Positions 17,594 to 29,271 are shown, counted from the stretch's first letter. The stretch is 64,000 nucleotides of DNA from Flavobacteriaceae bacterium (GCA_045561795.1 JBJKWZ010000002.1:22943-86942), one strand, 5' to 3'. Numbers and translations: made by a program. Notes: generated by a model from the sequence alone, not told the origin.

Positions 17594-20500
17594 TTAATTC
17601 CCAAAATTGTATTGTATTGAAATACCAGAACGTATACTAGTTTGGGGAAAAGCTGTAGAAATCGCAAATTTTGAAAAATTATGATCATAGAAAAATAGTG
17701 CGGTGAGATTACTTGATAACATATAATCAGCAGTAACTTTTATTGACCAAAGTGTTTGTCCTGCAGTAACTTGATTATTATCAACATTAAGACTTCTTAA
17801 AACTGTGATATTGTCTCTATAGGACAGGTCAGCTTTAATATTTAAATCTCCCTTCATGGTTTTTCTTCTACCTCCAATGTTGGTTGTAAATGGTATGTCT
17901 TTCAATCTATACCCTAGACCAAATATGTATTCGTCACCTCTTGTTTCTGTCAGTATATTATTATCTAAACTTAATGACAAAGCCCTATCTGTCTTCAATT
18001 CGGTTAAAATTTTTAAAGAGTTTTTTAATTCAATATCTAATCTGATGAGAGGGTTGAATTGCTCAACCAAATTAATATTTCCAAAAAGTATCTCAGACAG
18101 ATAATCTCCATATTGATTTTTTTGTTCTGGCTGGCTTTGAATGTAATCTAAATTTGATTGAAATTGATTTATAGTATAACTTGACCTATATCCGTGAGAG
18201 ATAGAAAATCTATTAAATAATTTTCTAATTGACTTATTATTCATTAGGCCTGTATATCTTATATTCCAATTTGGGATTGGTACATTTTTGATTGAATTTA
18301 GAGACACTTTACTAGGATCACTCCCGGTGTAAGCAGAATAAAACGCAGCAATAATTACATCTTGTTGATTTTTAGAATATCCGGAAGGGAAACTATTTAT
18401 ATTGTCTGAAATAGGGATGCCTCTAGATTTAGCTAATCTGTTTGCTATGACAATTCTATTTTGTCTAAATCTACTAAAATCGGAGCCGCCACGCCTAGAT
18501 CTTCGAAATGCGGTTCTTATCATAATTGTAGAAGTTCCATAATTACCATAAATATTACTATTAAGGGGTATATATTTGTTGTTGTTTACATTAAAATTTT
18601 CAGTTATACTTTCGGAATAATCTCGTTCTGCGTTCAAGTCTACTAAAAAACTTTTTCCAAACCTCAATTGTCCACTTATAGTCAGTTGACTATTTCTAAC
18701 TTGCGAGAAAGGTTGGTTAAACCCATCAAAGTCAGTTAACATTCCTCTCTTAGCGATTTCATATCTTATATCTGACTGACTTCCAAAAGTGAAGGCCATA
18801 CTTGGATCAAGAGATCCTAAAAACCCTACTGAAGGCAAATATCCAGGAATAACTTTCCCATTATTTTCTGAATAAGAAAAACGTAATCTTTTAAAAGAAT
18901 TTAATAAATCAATGGTGGTTTTGAGTACTTTATTCTTCCTAATCTTCTTTGCTATAGAATCATTGGATTTAGATAAATTAAAATTTAATGCCCTTTTGTT
19001 TTTATTTTTTAATCTAAATATTTCGTAGAGCTTATTTGTTTGAATCGAACCATTTATGGTTTTCGTATTAGCATTTTGAATAGTGTTTACTATTCCTAAT
19101 CTTTGTCCCATTTCGTTTTCCACTTGAGATAAGATATCAGAGCCGCGTATCCAACTAAAATCTCCAGAATAATTTAAATCAGAATCAATGAAGCTTAATA
19201 ATTTAAAATATTTAAATGGTAATTTGTAAGTTAAATTTAAATTTTGAAAATGTCTATTAGGGTCCCCCTGATCAAAAATATTATACCATATATTCTGAGT
19301 TTTCTTATAATCTTCATTTTCCTCCTTTAAATAATTTCTAATTATTCTACTAGTTGTGGAAGTGAAATTGATTCTGGCAGATCTTGTCAAATTATATTGT
19401 AGATTATAAGTGTTATCAAACAAAAAGTTTCTTTGTGAAAGAACTGGTAGAGCTAACAATGATATTTCAGTTTTAGAATCTGCATAAACATCCCTAAACT
19501 GTTGCAAGTTTAAAGTTCTATTTATATTTGCAGAAAAGGACATACTGGATGGTATAGGATTAAAGTTCAAATTTTTTAACCATTCTAAATATCTTTTATT
19601 TTTTAAAAATTTCAGCTTATAAAAGGGAAGTATTTCCAAACTTTGAAAGTTATATCCATAATTTCCTTGTAATCTAATATTTTTATTTTTTTGATTTTCA
19701 ATCTCATAATCATGATGATATATTTCATTATATGAATACGAAAAATCAAAATTTTCAATATTATAAAATTTTTTCTTCTCAGGTGTACCAATCTTTCTTA
19801 CCCCAACAATACTAATATTTTTTCTTTTTGTGTAATCAATTGCTTGCTCCCTAATTCTATTTTTTTCTTCATTTGAGTCCGAAGCTGCCATTCTATCCTT
19901 TAGCTTTATGTCCTGATAAAAAGGATCAAATTCAGGTGAAATTATCACCTCGCCAACACTATAATTAAGTGGTATTTGAATTCCAAAACTAATTGGTAAA
20001 AGTTTAGCAGCATCCGCAGCAGTTGTGAAATCATATTGAAATAGTTCTTCTCTTGTTCTCTGATTTGGCGACTGATCAATACTTCCAAAACCAATCGATG
20101 AGTAACGAGTATTCCCAGAAAAATTTAAAAAATCTGCCATATTACCATCAATTGATCCTATGGAAGCCCAACCTCCTTTATTGTCAATACCGGCTATTCT
20201 AAGTTCGTTAAACCAAACTTCTCCGCACAAATTGTCGCCAATTATTGTTGATGGATTTTTTACTCCAATCATCATCGTCCTAATTGATCCTAGCGATGGG
20301 TTTCCTTTGACTGAAATCCTGTAATATTTACTGCCAGACAAATTTGAAATTGGACTAAATTCATCTACTTCGTTCATTTCCTCATCAAAAAATAAAGCCT
20401 CTGTTAAAGAATTTCTAGTTAGATATTTGGACTTGATTTTGGATAATAATTCGACAGGGAAATCAATTGAATTAGAATCTGGATTCCAAACTTCTTCTGC

Positions 20501-23500
20501 ACTAATTCTATTTGATAAGTTTTCACCAAATTTAGTTGGTTTTAATGGGACTTCAATTTGATAATAGTTGTCTTGATAATCACTTCCTAGTCTCAAAAAA
20601 GCCACTAATCTCCTATCATACTCATCAAAATTTCCTTCTCCAGGTAGAGGATTGTTCCCCTTAATTGATTCAGCATGTATGTACATCTTCAATTTTTTAT
20701 ACTGTCTTAAATCAACATCAACATTTTTGAAAACTCCTCTGTAATCCATGGGTTTAAGATTACAAATTCTAAATGAAAGAGATTGTTCATTTTGTCTAAC
20801 TATTGTGTTGTTATTATTTATTTGCTCTCTTTGAATTTCGGGAGGCAAAACATAGTTAATTGGTATTCTGTTCTCGTTCTCTAAAACATTTACAGTACTT
20901 ATGTCGACAGTTGTGTTATTAGAATAGATTAAATTTTCGTTAAGAGATTTATTATATCTTCTCCAGTCACCTCTTACTAAATCCAGTGTGCCAAATCTAA
21001 ATACAATAGGAACTTCAAAATCTTTAAGAATCATCCTCATAAATCGAATTGATCTCAAATCCTCTATCCCATTAATATTTTGGTAATAGTCTTTAAAATT
21101 GGTCTCAAGGTAATAACTTTTGTCAATGGGTACCTTGAACTGAATCCATCTTGTAGTTATCGATCTTCCATTAGGTAGTGTCACAATTATATTTTCTCTA
21201 ACATCGGTTACAAATGGGTGATTCCCAACGTTCATATCTTTTCTAATTGGGACTCTATATTCAAAGTAACTGTCTATTGTGTTCATAGTCTGATCCCTAT
21301 TTATATCTTCTGTATCTGGCTCAGTTGTACTTCCTCTATTTTGATCACTGAAAGAAATTGGTGAATTTCCATCTGTACCGTTATAATTTTTATATCTATC
21401 AATTATACCTCCTTGAGCTTGAAGAAAAAATTGATAATTATCTCCTGCTGGATCTTCATTTGGCCCATTTGGAAAAAAAATCTTTTCCTCTTCATCATTT
21501 AGACCATCCAACCCAACATCTTGAAGGATTCTATCATTTTCAATTGAATTAAAAGCATACAATAGAGATTGAGAAGAAGGTGTTCTACCCCAATTGGTTG
21601 TTTTTATTGATGTTCCCTCAGAGCCTGGCAATCCATTTTCAAATTGCTTCCTTCCATCAGGTAGAATATCTTCAGAAATATTTCCAAGATGGAAAATTAA
21701 ATTACCCAAATCTTTATTTTCCGCATCAATTTCATTAAATGTGTCCAATAGCCAAAATTCAATAAATTCTACATTTGCTTGTTCAAAATTTGTTGAGTTA
21801 ATCGCTCTCATAATTCCGCCCCAATTTGACTCTATATTTTCCTCAAATAAAGATTTTTCTTGATTGTTGTATGGTCCCTTCTCACTGGGAAAAAATGACA
21901 AATCCAAAGTGTTTTGAACAGTAGATTGACCCTGAACTAAATCCTGCTCAGGAAAAATTTCATTTATGAAAATTCTTCTGGTTGTGTTTAGAGATATATC
22001 TGTATTGGAAATATTATCTGGTCTAAACTGTCCCGAATAAAATACGGGATCAATAGTATACCAAGCTAATTTTGCTCTTTTATAACCTGACTTGATGTTA
22101 TCTTTACCATGATCATTGTCATATTTTTTTTGTCTTGGTATACTTGCCAATCTCCATGCAAAAGACCCTTTAACATCAATATTTGTTTGAGCTCCTTCAA
22201 AATCATCCAAATAAACATTTGCTTCTCCCTGCAATTGAGTGTTTCTAGGATTTCTCGCTAATAAACTTGCAATTTCAGCTCTTACTGATATTTTTGATTT
22301 TTCACTTGTCTTTATTGTTGGGATGTAATTAACCAACTTCGTTAAAAAAGGAACTTCTGTAGAAAAATTGGTATTTAAACCAATCATTGTATTGTTTACA
22401 GGTTCTGTCCCATAATTTGCTTTTTGGGTAAGAGGATTTTCACTCAAGTTAATTAAAGTTCCCCCGATTGTGGTATTTTCATTAAGTTGATGAATTAAAT
22501 CAAATCCTGAAAATCTCTTGTTTTGCTGTCCAAAAAATGTATTATTCTCAACAGATATTTTAATCGGAATATTTGAAGCTTTTATGCCAGGATCAAGAAT
22601 CTTAACCCTCCCGATTTGATAATTAACAGTATAATCTACACCTTCTCTTAAGACCCTTCCTCCAGCAGTAACTTGAACCGACCCCCTAGGAATATTAAAT
22701 GCTCCTATAGAAATCCCGTCAGAATTAGCAGTTTTATATCTTCCTTTTATTTGAAATTTATTTTTTTCTGTTGACTGAAGAGCTGCAGCTTGAGTAAGCT
22801 CATACATTTCCCAAAAAACATATTTTTTTTGATTTAGGTTATATGTTTCTCTGTTTTCATATTTTTCGGATATATTTTTATCTGCTAATAGTAAATCAAA
22901 TAAGGTTTGGCCAAACGGTTCTATAGTAGGGAAAATTATCCTTCCATATTTCTGATCAACTGTTATCCCAGGTACAAAGTCGAAAAAACCGTCCCCTTCA
23001 GGTTCGGGATCGTTATATATATTTAATTTATCTAATCCAAGTGTTTTCAACAAAACACTTTTGCTCAAATCTTGAGGCCATATTTCGTCATCTACTGATA
23101 ACAAATAATTAATTGGTGAAGGGTCTGAATAAAGAATATTTAGTCTAAAATCTTCCTTTTCAAGTTGAAAAGCACTCGTGTTATATATGTTTTTCATCAT
23201 TAAGTCCCAAACAGGCTGATTTACATTTGTTAAACTACTTTTTAATAATTTTATGACTAGATTATCTGTATCATCTTTTTCAGTAGTAACTGTTACGGTA
23301 TTAGTCCCAACTTGTCCGCTATTAGCAAATTCTCCCACTTGAAAGACTTCACCTCTAAAGGTGTATTGAAATGAAACACCAAGAATCTCGTCATTGCCTA
23401 ATCTCTGATTTAAAGATATATAACCTAATTGTGAATGATAGGTATATTCCGAAGGATCAAGTTTTCTTGCACTTTCTAGAATAGCATAGTCAATGCCTTC

Positions 23501-24952
23501 TTGAACTATTGTATTTAACTGACCAAATGACTGAGAAATGGTCCCTTTATCTCTTATGTTTGAGTCAATGTATGCACCTGAACCTATATTTTCTGGATCA
23601 AATTTATTTGATCCATTCGACGGTAAAAAATCCAAACTATTTGAATTGATAAAGTTATCATCTAATTCAGCTAATCTTGTATTTTCGGGATTACTCTCAC
23701 CTATATCTTGAAGAGCAACTAAATTTCTTATGTTGTTGGTTTGAGCTTGACGGTTAGTTATCCAAACCTCAATCCTTGTAATTTGAATTGGCGAGTTTAT
23801 AAAAGGATATGTCTTTAAGAATTTATTATAATTATCTCTAAAATAGTGGGATAAAAAAAAATGTCTATCTGCTTCATAGTCTAAAGCAAAAATTGAAAAT
23901 TCTTGGAGTGTACCACCTCCCTGTGAAACTACAGATTGAGATTGTGACCTTTGTTCGGCGAAAACACCAGTAATACTTGTTCGCCCAAATTTAAGTTGAG
24001 CCTTAACTCCCATCAAGCTCTGAGCACCACTAATTAGTGTGCTATTTATGGGCATATTTATATTTCCAATATCAATATTCTGTAGAATCGCATCTTCAGT
24101 GACATTTTTATTCAAAAAATTATTTAGCCTGTTTTGGTAAGCGCCTGTAAAACTCTCCAAACTGTTCGTATTACTTCTTAGATTGTTTAGTTCACCTCTT
24201 ACTTTATCAACAGTGTTTTTTGAATCGGTAATTAGATTGTCAACGTTGTCCATTTTATCTTGAAAATCTTTTGGAATGTAACTAGACATTTCTCTTGCTT
24301 TCGGAGGATTGAACTCAAGCTTAACTAAATTTTGAAAATCAAAGGTTGACTCAGTGTCATAATTTGCAGTTATTTGTAATCTTTCTCCAATATTTCCAAT
24401 CAAACTTAAATTTATTCTTTGATCAAAATCGAATCCAAAATTTCTTCTATTCCTTGGAGAAAAACTAGGATTGTCTGTTTTTTGATATCTGAAACCTAAA
24501 TCAACTCCAATAGAACCTTGTGGCTTAACATCTAGTTTGTTACTTCCAAAAATTGATGAAAAGAAATTAGAATTAACATATAAGTCTGGTAAAAGATCTT
24601 TTTGAACTTCTTGTAACTCTTTCTTATTTGATCCTATTGCACGAACCTTATTTTTAAAATATGAGCCAATTTCTTGTCTTAAAACTAGTTGGGAGTATTC
24701 TTTGGGTGAAAGAACCAAAGGTAAATCTAATCTTATAGGCTGTTTTTTTAAATCAAGAATGAAAATGTTTTTTATGGGGTTATAAACATAAATTTCTGAT
24801 AATTTTAGTTTTTCTGGATAAACAACAGAATAATCAGAAGCACCCGATCTTAAATTTTGAGCATAAATTTGTATATCAGAAAAAAAAGAAATTATGACTA
24901 CACAAAATAAAAAGCCATAATCAGCAATAAAATACCTTAATTTTTCAATCAA
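17594..24952 (-). CDS. sprA: Cell surface protein SprA (type IX secretion system translocon)
   Basis: 2452-aa beta-rich outer-membrane protein with N-terminal signal anchor. Size and the ruvA-sprA-gcvH neighbourhood match flavobacterial SprA. Confidence 0.85.
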   Translation of the reverse strand: MIEKLRYFIADYGFLFCVVIISFFSDIQIYAQNLRSGASDYSVVYPEKLKLSEIYVYNPIKNIFILDLKKQPIRLDLPLVLSPKEYSQLVLRQEIGSYFKNKVRAIGSNKKELQEVQKDLLPDLYVNSNFFSSIFGSNKLDVKPQGSIGVDLGFRYQKTDNPSFSPRNRRNFGFDFDQRINLSLIGNIGERLQITANYDTESTFDFQNLVKLEFNPPKAREMSSYIPKDFQDKMDNVDNLITDSKNTVDKVRGELNNLRSNTNSLESFTGAYQNRLNNFLNKNVTEDAILQNIDIGNINMPINSTLISGAQSLMGVKAQLKFGRTSITGVFAEQRSQSQSVVSQGGGTLQEFSIFALDYEADRHFFLSHYFRDNYNKFLKTYPFINSPIQITRIEVWITNRQAQTNNIRNLVALQDIGESNPENTRLAELDDNFINSNSLDFLPSNGSNKFDPENIGSGAYIDSNIRDKGTISQSFGQLNTIVQEGIDYAILESARKLDPSEYTYHSQLGYISLNQRLGNDEILGVSFQYTFRGEVFQVGEFANSGQVGTNTVTVTTEKDDTDNLVIKLLKSSLTNVNQPVWDLMMKNIYNTSAFQLEKEDFRLNILYSDPSPINYLLSVDDEIWPQDLSKSVLLKTLGLDKLNIYNDPEPEGDGFFDFVPGITVDQKYGRIIFPTIEPFGQTLFDLLLADKNISEKYENRETYNLNQKKYVFWEMYELTQAAALQSTEKNKFQIKGRYKTANSDGISIGAFNIPRGSVQVTAGGRVLREGVDYTVNYQIGRVKILDPGIKASNIPIKISVENNTFFGQQNKRFSGFDLIHQLNENTTIGGTLINLSENPLTQKANYGTEPVNNTMIGLNTNFSTEVPFLTKLVNYIPTIKTSEKSKISVRAEIASLLARNPRNTQLQGEANVYLDDFEGAQTNIDVKGSFAWRLASIPRQKKYDNDHGKDNIKSGYKRAKLAWYTIDPVFYSGQFRPDNISNTDISLNTTRRIFINEIFPEQDLVQGQSTVQNTLDLSFFPSEKGPYNNQEKSLFEENIESNWGGIMRAINSTNFEQANVEFIEFWLLDTFNEIDAENKDLGNLIFHLGNISEDILPDGRKQFENGLPGSEGTSIKTTNWGRTPSSQSLLYAFNSIENDRILQDVGLDGLNDEEEKIFFPNGPNEDPAGDNYQFFLQAQGGIIDRYKNYNGTDGNSPISFSDQNRGSTTEPDTEDINRDQTMNTIDSYFEYRVPIRKDMNVGNHPFVTDVRENIIVTLPNGRSITTRWIQFKVPIDKSYYLETNFKDYYQNINGIEDLRSIRFMRMILKDFEVPIVFRFGTLDLVRGDWRRYNKSLNENLIYSNNTTVDISTVNVLENENRIPINYVLPPEIQREQINNNNTIVRQNEQSLSFRICNLKPMDYRGVFKNVDVDLRQYKKLKMYIHAESIKGNNPLPGEGNFDEYDRRLVAFLRLGSDYQDNYYQIEVPLKPTKFGENLSNRISAEEVWNPDSNSIDFPVELLSKIKSKYLTRNSLTEALFFDEEMNEVDEFSPISNLSGSKYYRISVKGNPSLGSIRTMMIGVKNPSTIIGDNLCGEVWFNELRIAGIDNKGGWASIGSIDGNMADFLNFSGNTRYSSIGFGSIDQSPNQRTREELFQYDFTTAADAAKLLPISFGIQIPLNYSVGEVIISPEFDPFYQDIKLKDRMAASDSNEEKNRIREQAIDYTKRKNISIVGVRKIGTPEKKKFYNIENFDFSYSYNEIYHHDYEIENQKNKNIRLQGNYGYNFQSLEILPFYKLKFLKNKRYLEWLKNLNFNPIPSSMSFSANINRTLNLQQFRDVYADSKTEISLLALPVLSQRNFLFDNTYNLQYNLTRSARINFTSTTSRIIRNYLKEENEDYKKTQNIWYNIFDQGDPNRHFQNLNLTYKLPFKYFKLLSFIDSDLNYSGDFSWIRGSDILSQVENEMGQRLGIVNTIQNANTKTINGSIQTNKLYEIFRLKNKNKRALNFNLSKSNDSIAKKIRKNKVLKTTIDLLNSFKRLRFSYSENNGKVIPGYLPSVGFLGSLDPSMAFTFGSQSDIRYEIAKRGMLTDFDGFNQPFSQVRNSQLTISGQLRFGKSFLVDLNAERDYSESITENFNVNNNKYIPLNSNIYGNYGTSTIMIRTAFRRSRRGGSDFSRFRQNRIVIANRLAKSRGIPISDNINSFPSGYSKNQQDVIIAAFYSAYTGSDPSKVSLNSIKNVPIPNWNIRYTGLMNNKSIRKLFNRFSISHGYRSSYTINQFQSNLDYIQSQPEQKNQYGDYLSEILFGNINLVEQFNPLIRLDIELKNSLKILTELKTDRALSLSLDNNILTETRGDEYIFGLGYRLKDIPFTTNIGGRRKTMKGDLNIKADLSYRDNITVLRSLNVDNNQVTAGQTLWSIKVTADYMLSSNLTALFFYDHNFSKFAISTAFPQTSIRSGISIQYNFGN

Positions 24953-24959
24953 AGATGTA

Positions 24960-25544
24960 CTATAATTTATTCAAAGCCTGTTTTATAAGTTCCTCTACTG
25001 AACTTTCTGGATAACTTTGAATTATGTTATCAACTAATTTTTCAACCTGACGTCTTGGATAACCAAGAACCTCTAATGCTGATAACGTTTCATCTTTAAT
25101 TGTATTGTTTTTTATTGGCTCAATTTGATCTTCTGTTTCAATTATTTTTAAAATTTTATCTTTTAACTCAATTAATAGCCTTTGAGCCGTTTTTAAACCA
25201 ATTCCTTTGACGCTTTTGATTGCATCAAGATTTTGATTAAAAATAGCATCCTTGATTTGAATAGGAGTCATAGATGACAACATCGTCCTTGCTGTATTTG
25301 GACCTATTCCTGAAACAGAAATTAGGAGTCTAAAGATTGATCTTTCAACTGGTTTGAAAAAACCATAAAGAATATGAGCATCCTCCCTAATTTGCAGGTG
25401 GGTGTAAAGCATTATCGATTCTTCATCATCTATTTGAGAGAAGGTGTTAAGGGAAATGTTAACTTCATATCCTACTCCGTTACAATCAATAACAACAGAG
25501 GTGGGGGTTTTTTCAATCAATCTACCTTTTAATTGAGTAATCAT
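24960..25544 (-). CDS. ruvA: Holliday junction branch migration complex subunit RuvA
   Basis: MITQLKGRL, VIDCNGVGYEV, two HhH motifs (GIGPNTAR, VKGIGLKTAQR). Confidence 0.95.
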   Translation of the reverse strand: MITQLKGRLIEKTPTSVVIDCNGVGYEVNISLNTFSQIDDEESIMLYTHLQIREDAHILYGFFKPVERSIFRLLISVSGIGPNTARTMLSSMTPIQIKDAIFNQNLDAIKSVKGIGLKTAQRLLIELKDKILKIIETEDQIEPIKNNTIKDETLSALEVLGYPRRQVEKLVDNIIQSYPESSVEELIKQALNKL

Positions 25545-27832
25545 TTATTTTTCTTTTTTCTTAACTTTTCCTTGTGCTGGGCATCAACAACAGCTACAGC
25601 TGACATATTTACAATTTCATCAACTGTAGCACCTAATTGCAAAATATGAACGGATTGTTCAAGTCCTAGCAAAATAGGTCCAATGGACTGGGCGCCATTT
25701 AACTCCTTCAAAATTTTATACGTAATGTTAGCTGATTCGAGATTGGGAAAAATTAAAGTATTGACTTTCTTTTTAATTAATTCAGAAAAAGGAAACTTTT
25801 CCTTTAGCATTTTTCTATTTAAAGCAAAGTCGGATTGCAATGGTCCGTCTACATCAATTTCAGGGTGTTTTTTGTGCAAATATGAAACTGCTTTACTGAC
25901 CTTCTTCGCATTTGGATGTTCGGAAGTGCCAAAATTACTAAACGAAAGAAGTGCCATAACACTTTTGAAGCCTAACAGTTTGACTAACTCAGCATTTAAA
26001 ATGGATATTTTTGCTAATTCCTTGTCTGAGGGATCTATATTTAAAGTAGTATCAGATAGAAAAAGTGGTCCTGAATCAGTAAGCATCATATTTGTTGCTG
26101 CAATTCGTGATCCTCTATTGCTCTTGCTTATTATTTTCAAAACTGGTTTGATTACAGCTGCATAATTTCTAGAATATCCAGATATCATAGCATCAGCATC
26201 TTTATTTTTTACCATCATACAAGCAAAATAATTTCTCTCTCTTAAGAGTGATGATGCTTCGTACTGGTTAACACCTTTTCTCTTTTGAAGTTTCCAATAT
26301 AATTTTGCATACTTGTTTTTTACTTCCAAATGCTGCTTACTCTTTGGATCAATTATTTCAACAGGCTCGTCAAAATCAATAGATTTCATTAAATCTATAA
26401 TTACATCCTTTCTTCCTAACAGAATCGGCTCAGCAATTTTTTCCTCTTTAACGATTTGAGCTGCTTTCAAAACCGATAATTGGTCTGCTTCGGCAAAAAC
26501 AATCCTTTTTGGATTTTGTTTTGCCCTGTGGTGAAGTGCTCTTAAGACTTTTCTACCGCTACCAGTTCTATCCATTAAATTATCAGAATACTTCTTCCAA
26601 TTAGAAATTGGTTCTCTTGCTACACCAGAATCCATAGCAGCCTTTGCTACTGCTACAGGTACCTCTACTATCAATCTTGGATCAAATGGTTTTGGAATTA
26701 TGTAATCTTTTCCAAACATTAGTTTTCTTTCGTTGTATGCTAAATTAACTTGTTCAGGTACAGGTTCTTTGGCAAGATTGGCTAGAGCGACAACTGCTGC
26801 TTTTTTCATTTCTTCATTTATTTTTGATGCTCTAACGTCCAGGGCGCCTCTGAAAATAAATGGAAAGCCAAGAACATTATTAACTTGATTAGGATGATCT
26901 GATCTGCCGGTAGCCATTATAACATCATCTCGAGTTTCAATAGCATCTGCATAAGGGATTTCAGGATCAGGATTAGCCATTGCAAAAACGATTGGATTCT
27001 TGTTCATTTGTTTTAACATGGATTTGGAAACAATATTCCCTTTAGATAGCCCGATAAAAACATCTGAACCTGAAATTTCTTTTTCTAAAGTTGAGTCCGA
27101 TTCGTGGATCGCAAAATATTTTTTTTCATTAGAAAGATTTTTTCTTGTCTTACAAAGAAGGCCCTTACTATCGAACATTTTAATATTTTTAAGTTTTGCT
27201 CCGAATGAAATATACAGTTTACTACAAGAAATTGCTGAAGCTCCAGCTCCGGATATAACTATTTTTACGTTTTCAATCTTTTTTTCTGCCAATTCAAGAG
27301 CATTTAATAGCGCAGCACAGGAAATAATTGCAGTGCCGTGCTGGTCGTCATGCATAACTGGAATATCTAACTCATTTACCAATCTGTTTTCAATTTCAAA
27401 GGCTTCAGGTGCTTTTATATCTTCAAGGTTGATTCCTCCAAAAGTTGGAGATATTGACTTGACCGATGAAACAAAATCATCTACATTTTTAGCATTTATT
27501 TCTATATCAAATACATCAATCCCAGCAAAAATTTTAAATAAAAGGCCTTTTCCTTCCATAACTGGTTTAGATGCTTCTGGGCCAATGTCACCTAACCCTA
27601 ATACTGCTGTACCATTAGAAATTACCGCTACTAAGTTTCCTTTATTTGTGTATTTATAAGCGTTGTTGATATCATTGTAGATCTCGAGACAGGGAGAAGC
27701 AACACCAGGAGAGTAAGCTAGAGCCAAATGTCTTTGTGTGCTATATTTTTTAGTAGGAATAACTTCTATTTTCCCAGGTTTAGGTTTAGCATGATAAACT
27801 AATGATTCTCTTCTGGTTTTTTTATCACTCAT
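25541..27832 (-). CDS. maeB: NADP-dependent malic enzyme (malic enzyme + phosphotransacetylase-like domain)
   Basis: LALAYSPGV, GTAVLGLGDIGP, DDQHGTAI, GAGASA motifs, then the C-terminal PTA-like domain. 763 aa. Confidence 0.9.
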   Translation of the reverse strand: MSDKKTRRESLVYHAKPKPGKIEVIPTKKYSTQRHLALAYSPGVASPCLEIYNDINNAYKYTNKGNLVAVISNGTAVLGLGDIGPEASKPVMEGKGLLFKIFAGIDVFDIEINAKNVDDFVSSVKSISPTFGGINLEDIKAPEAFEIENRLVNELDIPVMHDDQHGTAIISCAALLNALELAEKKIENVKIVISGAGASAISCSKLYISFGAKLKNIKMFDSKGLLCKTRKNLSNEKKYFAIHESDSTLEKEISGSDVFIGLSKGNIVSKSMLKQMNKNPIVFAMANPDPEIPYADAIETRDDVIMATGRSDHPNQVNNVLGFPFIFRGALDVRASKINEEMKKAAVVALANLAKEPVPEQVNLAYNERKLMFGKDYIIPKPFDPRLIVEVPVAVAKAAMDSGVAREPISNWKKYSDNLMDRTGSGRKVLRALHHRAKQNPKRIVFAEADQLSVLKAAQIVKEEKIAEPILLGRKDVIIDLMKSIDFDEPVEIIDPKSKQHLEVKNKYAKLYWKLQKRKGVNQYEASSLLRERNYFACMMVKNKDADAMISGYSRNYAAVIKPVLKIISKSNRGSRIAATNMMLTDSGPLFLSDTTLNIDPSDKELAKISILNAELVKLLGFKSVMALLSFSNFGTSEHPNAKKVSKAVSYLHKKHPEIDVDGPLQSDFALNRKMLKEKFPFSELIKKKVNTLIFPNLESANITYKILKELNGAQSIGPILLGLEQSVHILQLGATVDEIVNMSAVAVVDAQHKEKLRKKKNK

Positions 27833-27904
27833 TCTCTTAGTAATTTATGATTAAATGTAGTCCAAGTATTTCGATTCACTATTTAATTATTGAAAAAAAT
27901 GCTA

Positions 27905-29269
27905 TTATTTTTTTGATTTGTCGCTAGTTTTTATGAATAAAGAAAAAATACCTCCAATAATTAAAAAAATTCCTGCTAATTGAATAACATTGATTGGGTT
28001 TTTACTTAGTAAGTCATAAACAAAAAACTGCATTGAAAAAATTTGAATAATCATTGGAACAACTATGAACATATTAAAAATACCCATGTAAATTCCCGTT
28101 TTATTACTTGGTATCGAATTTGCAAGTATTTGATATGGCATTGACATCATAGAAGCCCATGTTATCCCCAATGAAAACGATATTAAATATATATTGGATA
28201 TCATTATTCCATCATTGATAGGTATTGAAAATAAAATATGGTTGTCTCTCAGAAGAGGTAAGCAGACAAGTCCTAATCCACCTATAGAAAGTGAAAAAAA
28301 ATGAAGTTTTTTGGGTCCAAATTTCTTTGCAAAAGGAAGTAATAAGAATGCAATCGAAAAGCAAATGATGTTATATGTCCCATTGATGTTTCCAGTTAAA
28401 AGTTGAGCTTTATTAAAAAAAATACTAGACTGATCCAATGTGTCATAGAGCGATAAAGATAAAGCTGAAGTAAGATATTGCCAATAACAAAACATTGCAT
28501 ACCATGGAAAAAACATTACGGGGAAAAGTTGTTTCATTGTGGATGGCATTTCTTTGAAGGCAACAACAATTTCTTTAACAGTATTTAACAAAATCCCAAC
28601 TTTTTTCGATTTTTTAATTTTTATTATTTCCTCATCAGTTGGTGGATATTCAGATGTTGTAAAAACAGTTATCAAAATTGTAAAAGTAGATGCTATAGAA
28701 CCAATCAAGAAGGCCCATAGAGTGGTTAGGGGAATTCCATTTTCCATTTTATCACTTAATGACAAAACCCCAAAAGATACTAAAATTACTGGGGTAAAAT
28801 TTGCCATAGTTGTTCCTAGACCAGTGAAAAAACTTTGCATCAAAAAACCTAACGAATATTGTTTTTCAGGTAATTTATCTGAGATAAAAGCTCTATATGG
28901 TTCCAAGGCAATATTATTTGCTGCATCTAAGATCCAGAGTAAACTTGCCGCCATCCACAATGAATTTGAATAAGGCATTAAAATCAATGCAATACTTGCT
29001 ATAACAGCTCCAATTAAAAAAAAGGGTTTTCTTCTACCAAATGTTAAAGACCAAGTATTATCACTAATTGCTCCAATAATTGGCTGAACTACAAGTCCTG
29101 TTACTGGCCCAGCGAGCCATAACATTGGTAACTCAGACTCATTTGCACCTAAATACTTATATATGGCACTAAGATTACTTTGCTGCAATCCAAAACTAAA
29201 TTGAACACCAAAAAAGCCAAAATTCATGGTCATTATTTGAAAAAAATTGAGGGATTTTTTAGCTATCAT
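27905..29269 (-). CDS. MFS transporter, SLC45/GPH-like (sugar:cation symporter family)
   Basis: 12 TM. N-terminal motifs FGVQFSFGLQQ, GPVTGLVVQPIIGAISD, GRRKPF typical of SLC45-type MFS transporters. Confidence 0.75.
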   Translation of the reverse strand: MIAKKSLNFFQIMTMNFGFFGVQFSFGLQQSNLSAIYKYLGANESELPMLWLAGPVTGLVVQPIIGAISDNTWSLTFGRRKPFFLIGAVIASIALILMPYSNSLWMAASLLWILDAANNIALEPYRAFISDKLPEKQYSLGFLMQSFFTGLGTTMANFTPVILVSFGVLSLSDKMENGIPLTTLWAFLIGSIASTFTILITVFTTSEYPPTDEEIIKIKKSKKVGILLNTVKEIVVAFKEMPSTMKQLFPVMFFPWYAMFCYWQYLTSALSLSLYDTLDQSSIFFNKAQLLTGNINGTYNIICFSIAFLLLPFAKKFGPKKLHFFSLSIGGLGLVCLPLLRDNHILFSIPINDGIMISNIYLISFSLGITWASMMSMPYQILANSIPSNKTGIYMGIFNMFIVVPMIIQIFSMQFFVYDLLSKNPINVIQLAGIFLIIGGIFSLFIKTSDKSKK

Positions 29270-29271
29270 AC

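Noticed and set aside
27000-27659. 219-aa plus-strand ORF antisense to maeB, together with a 160-aa ORF at 25683..26165 in the same relative frame.
   Set aside because: Both lie in the same phase relative to the maeB codons. Their products are S/F/I/L-rich low-complexity sequences with no recognisable motif, and there is no start context. In this antisense phase a stop requires particular sense dicodons (for example a T- or C-ending codon followed by Tyr, or a T-ending codon followed by His/Gln), so long open stretches are a codon-structure artefact.
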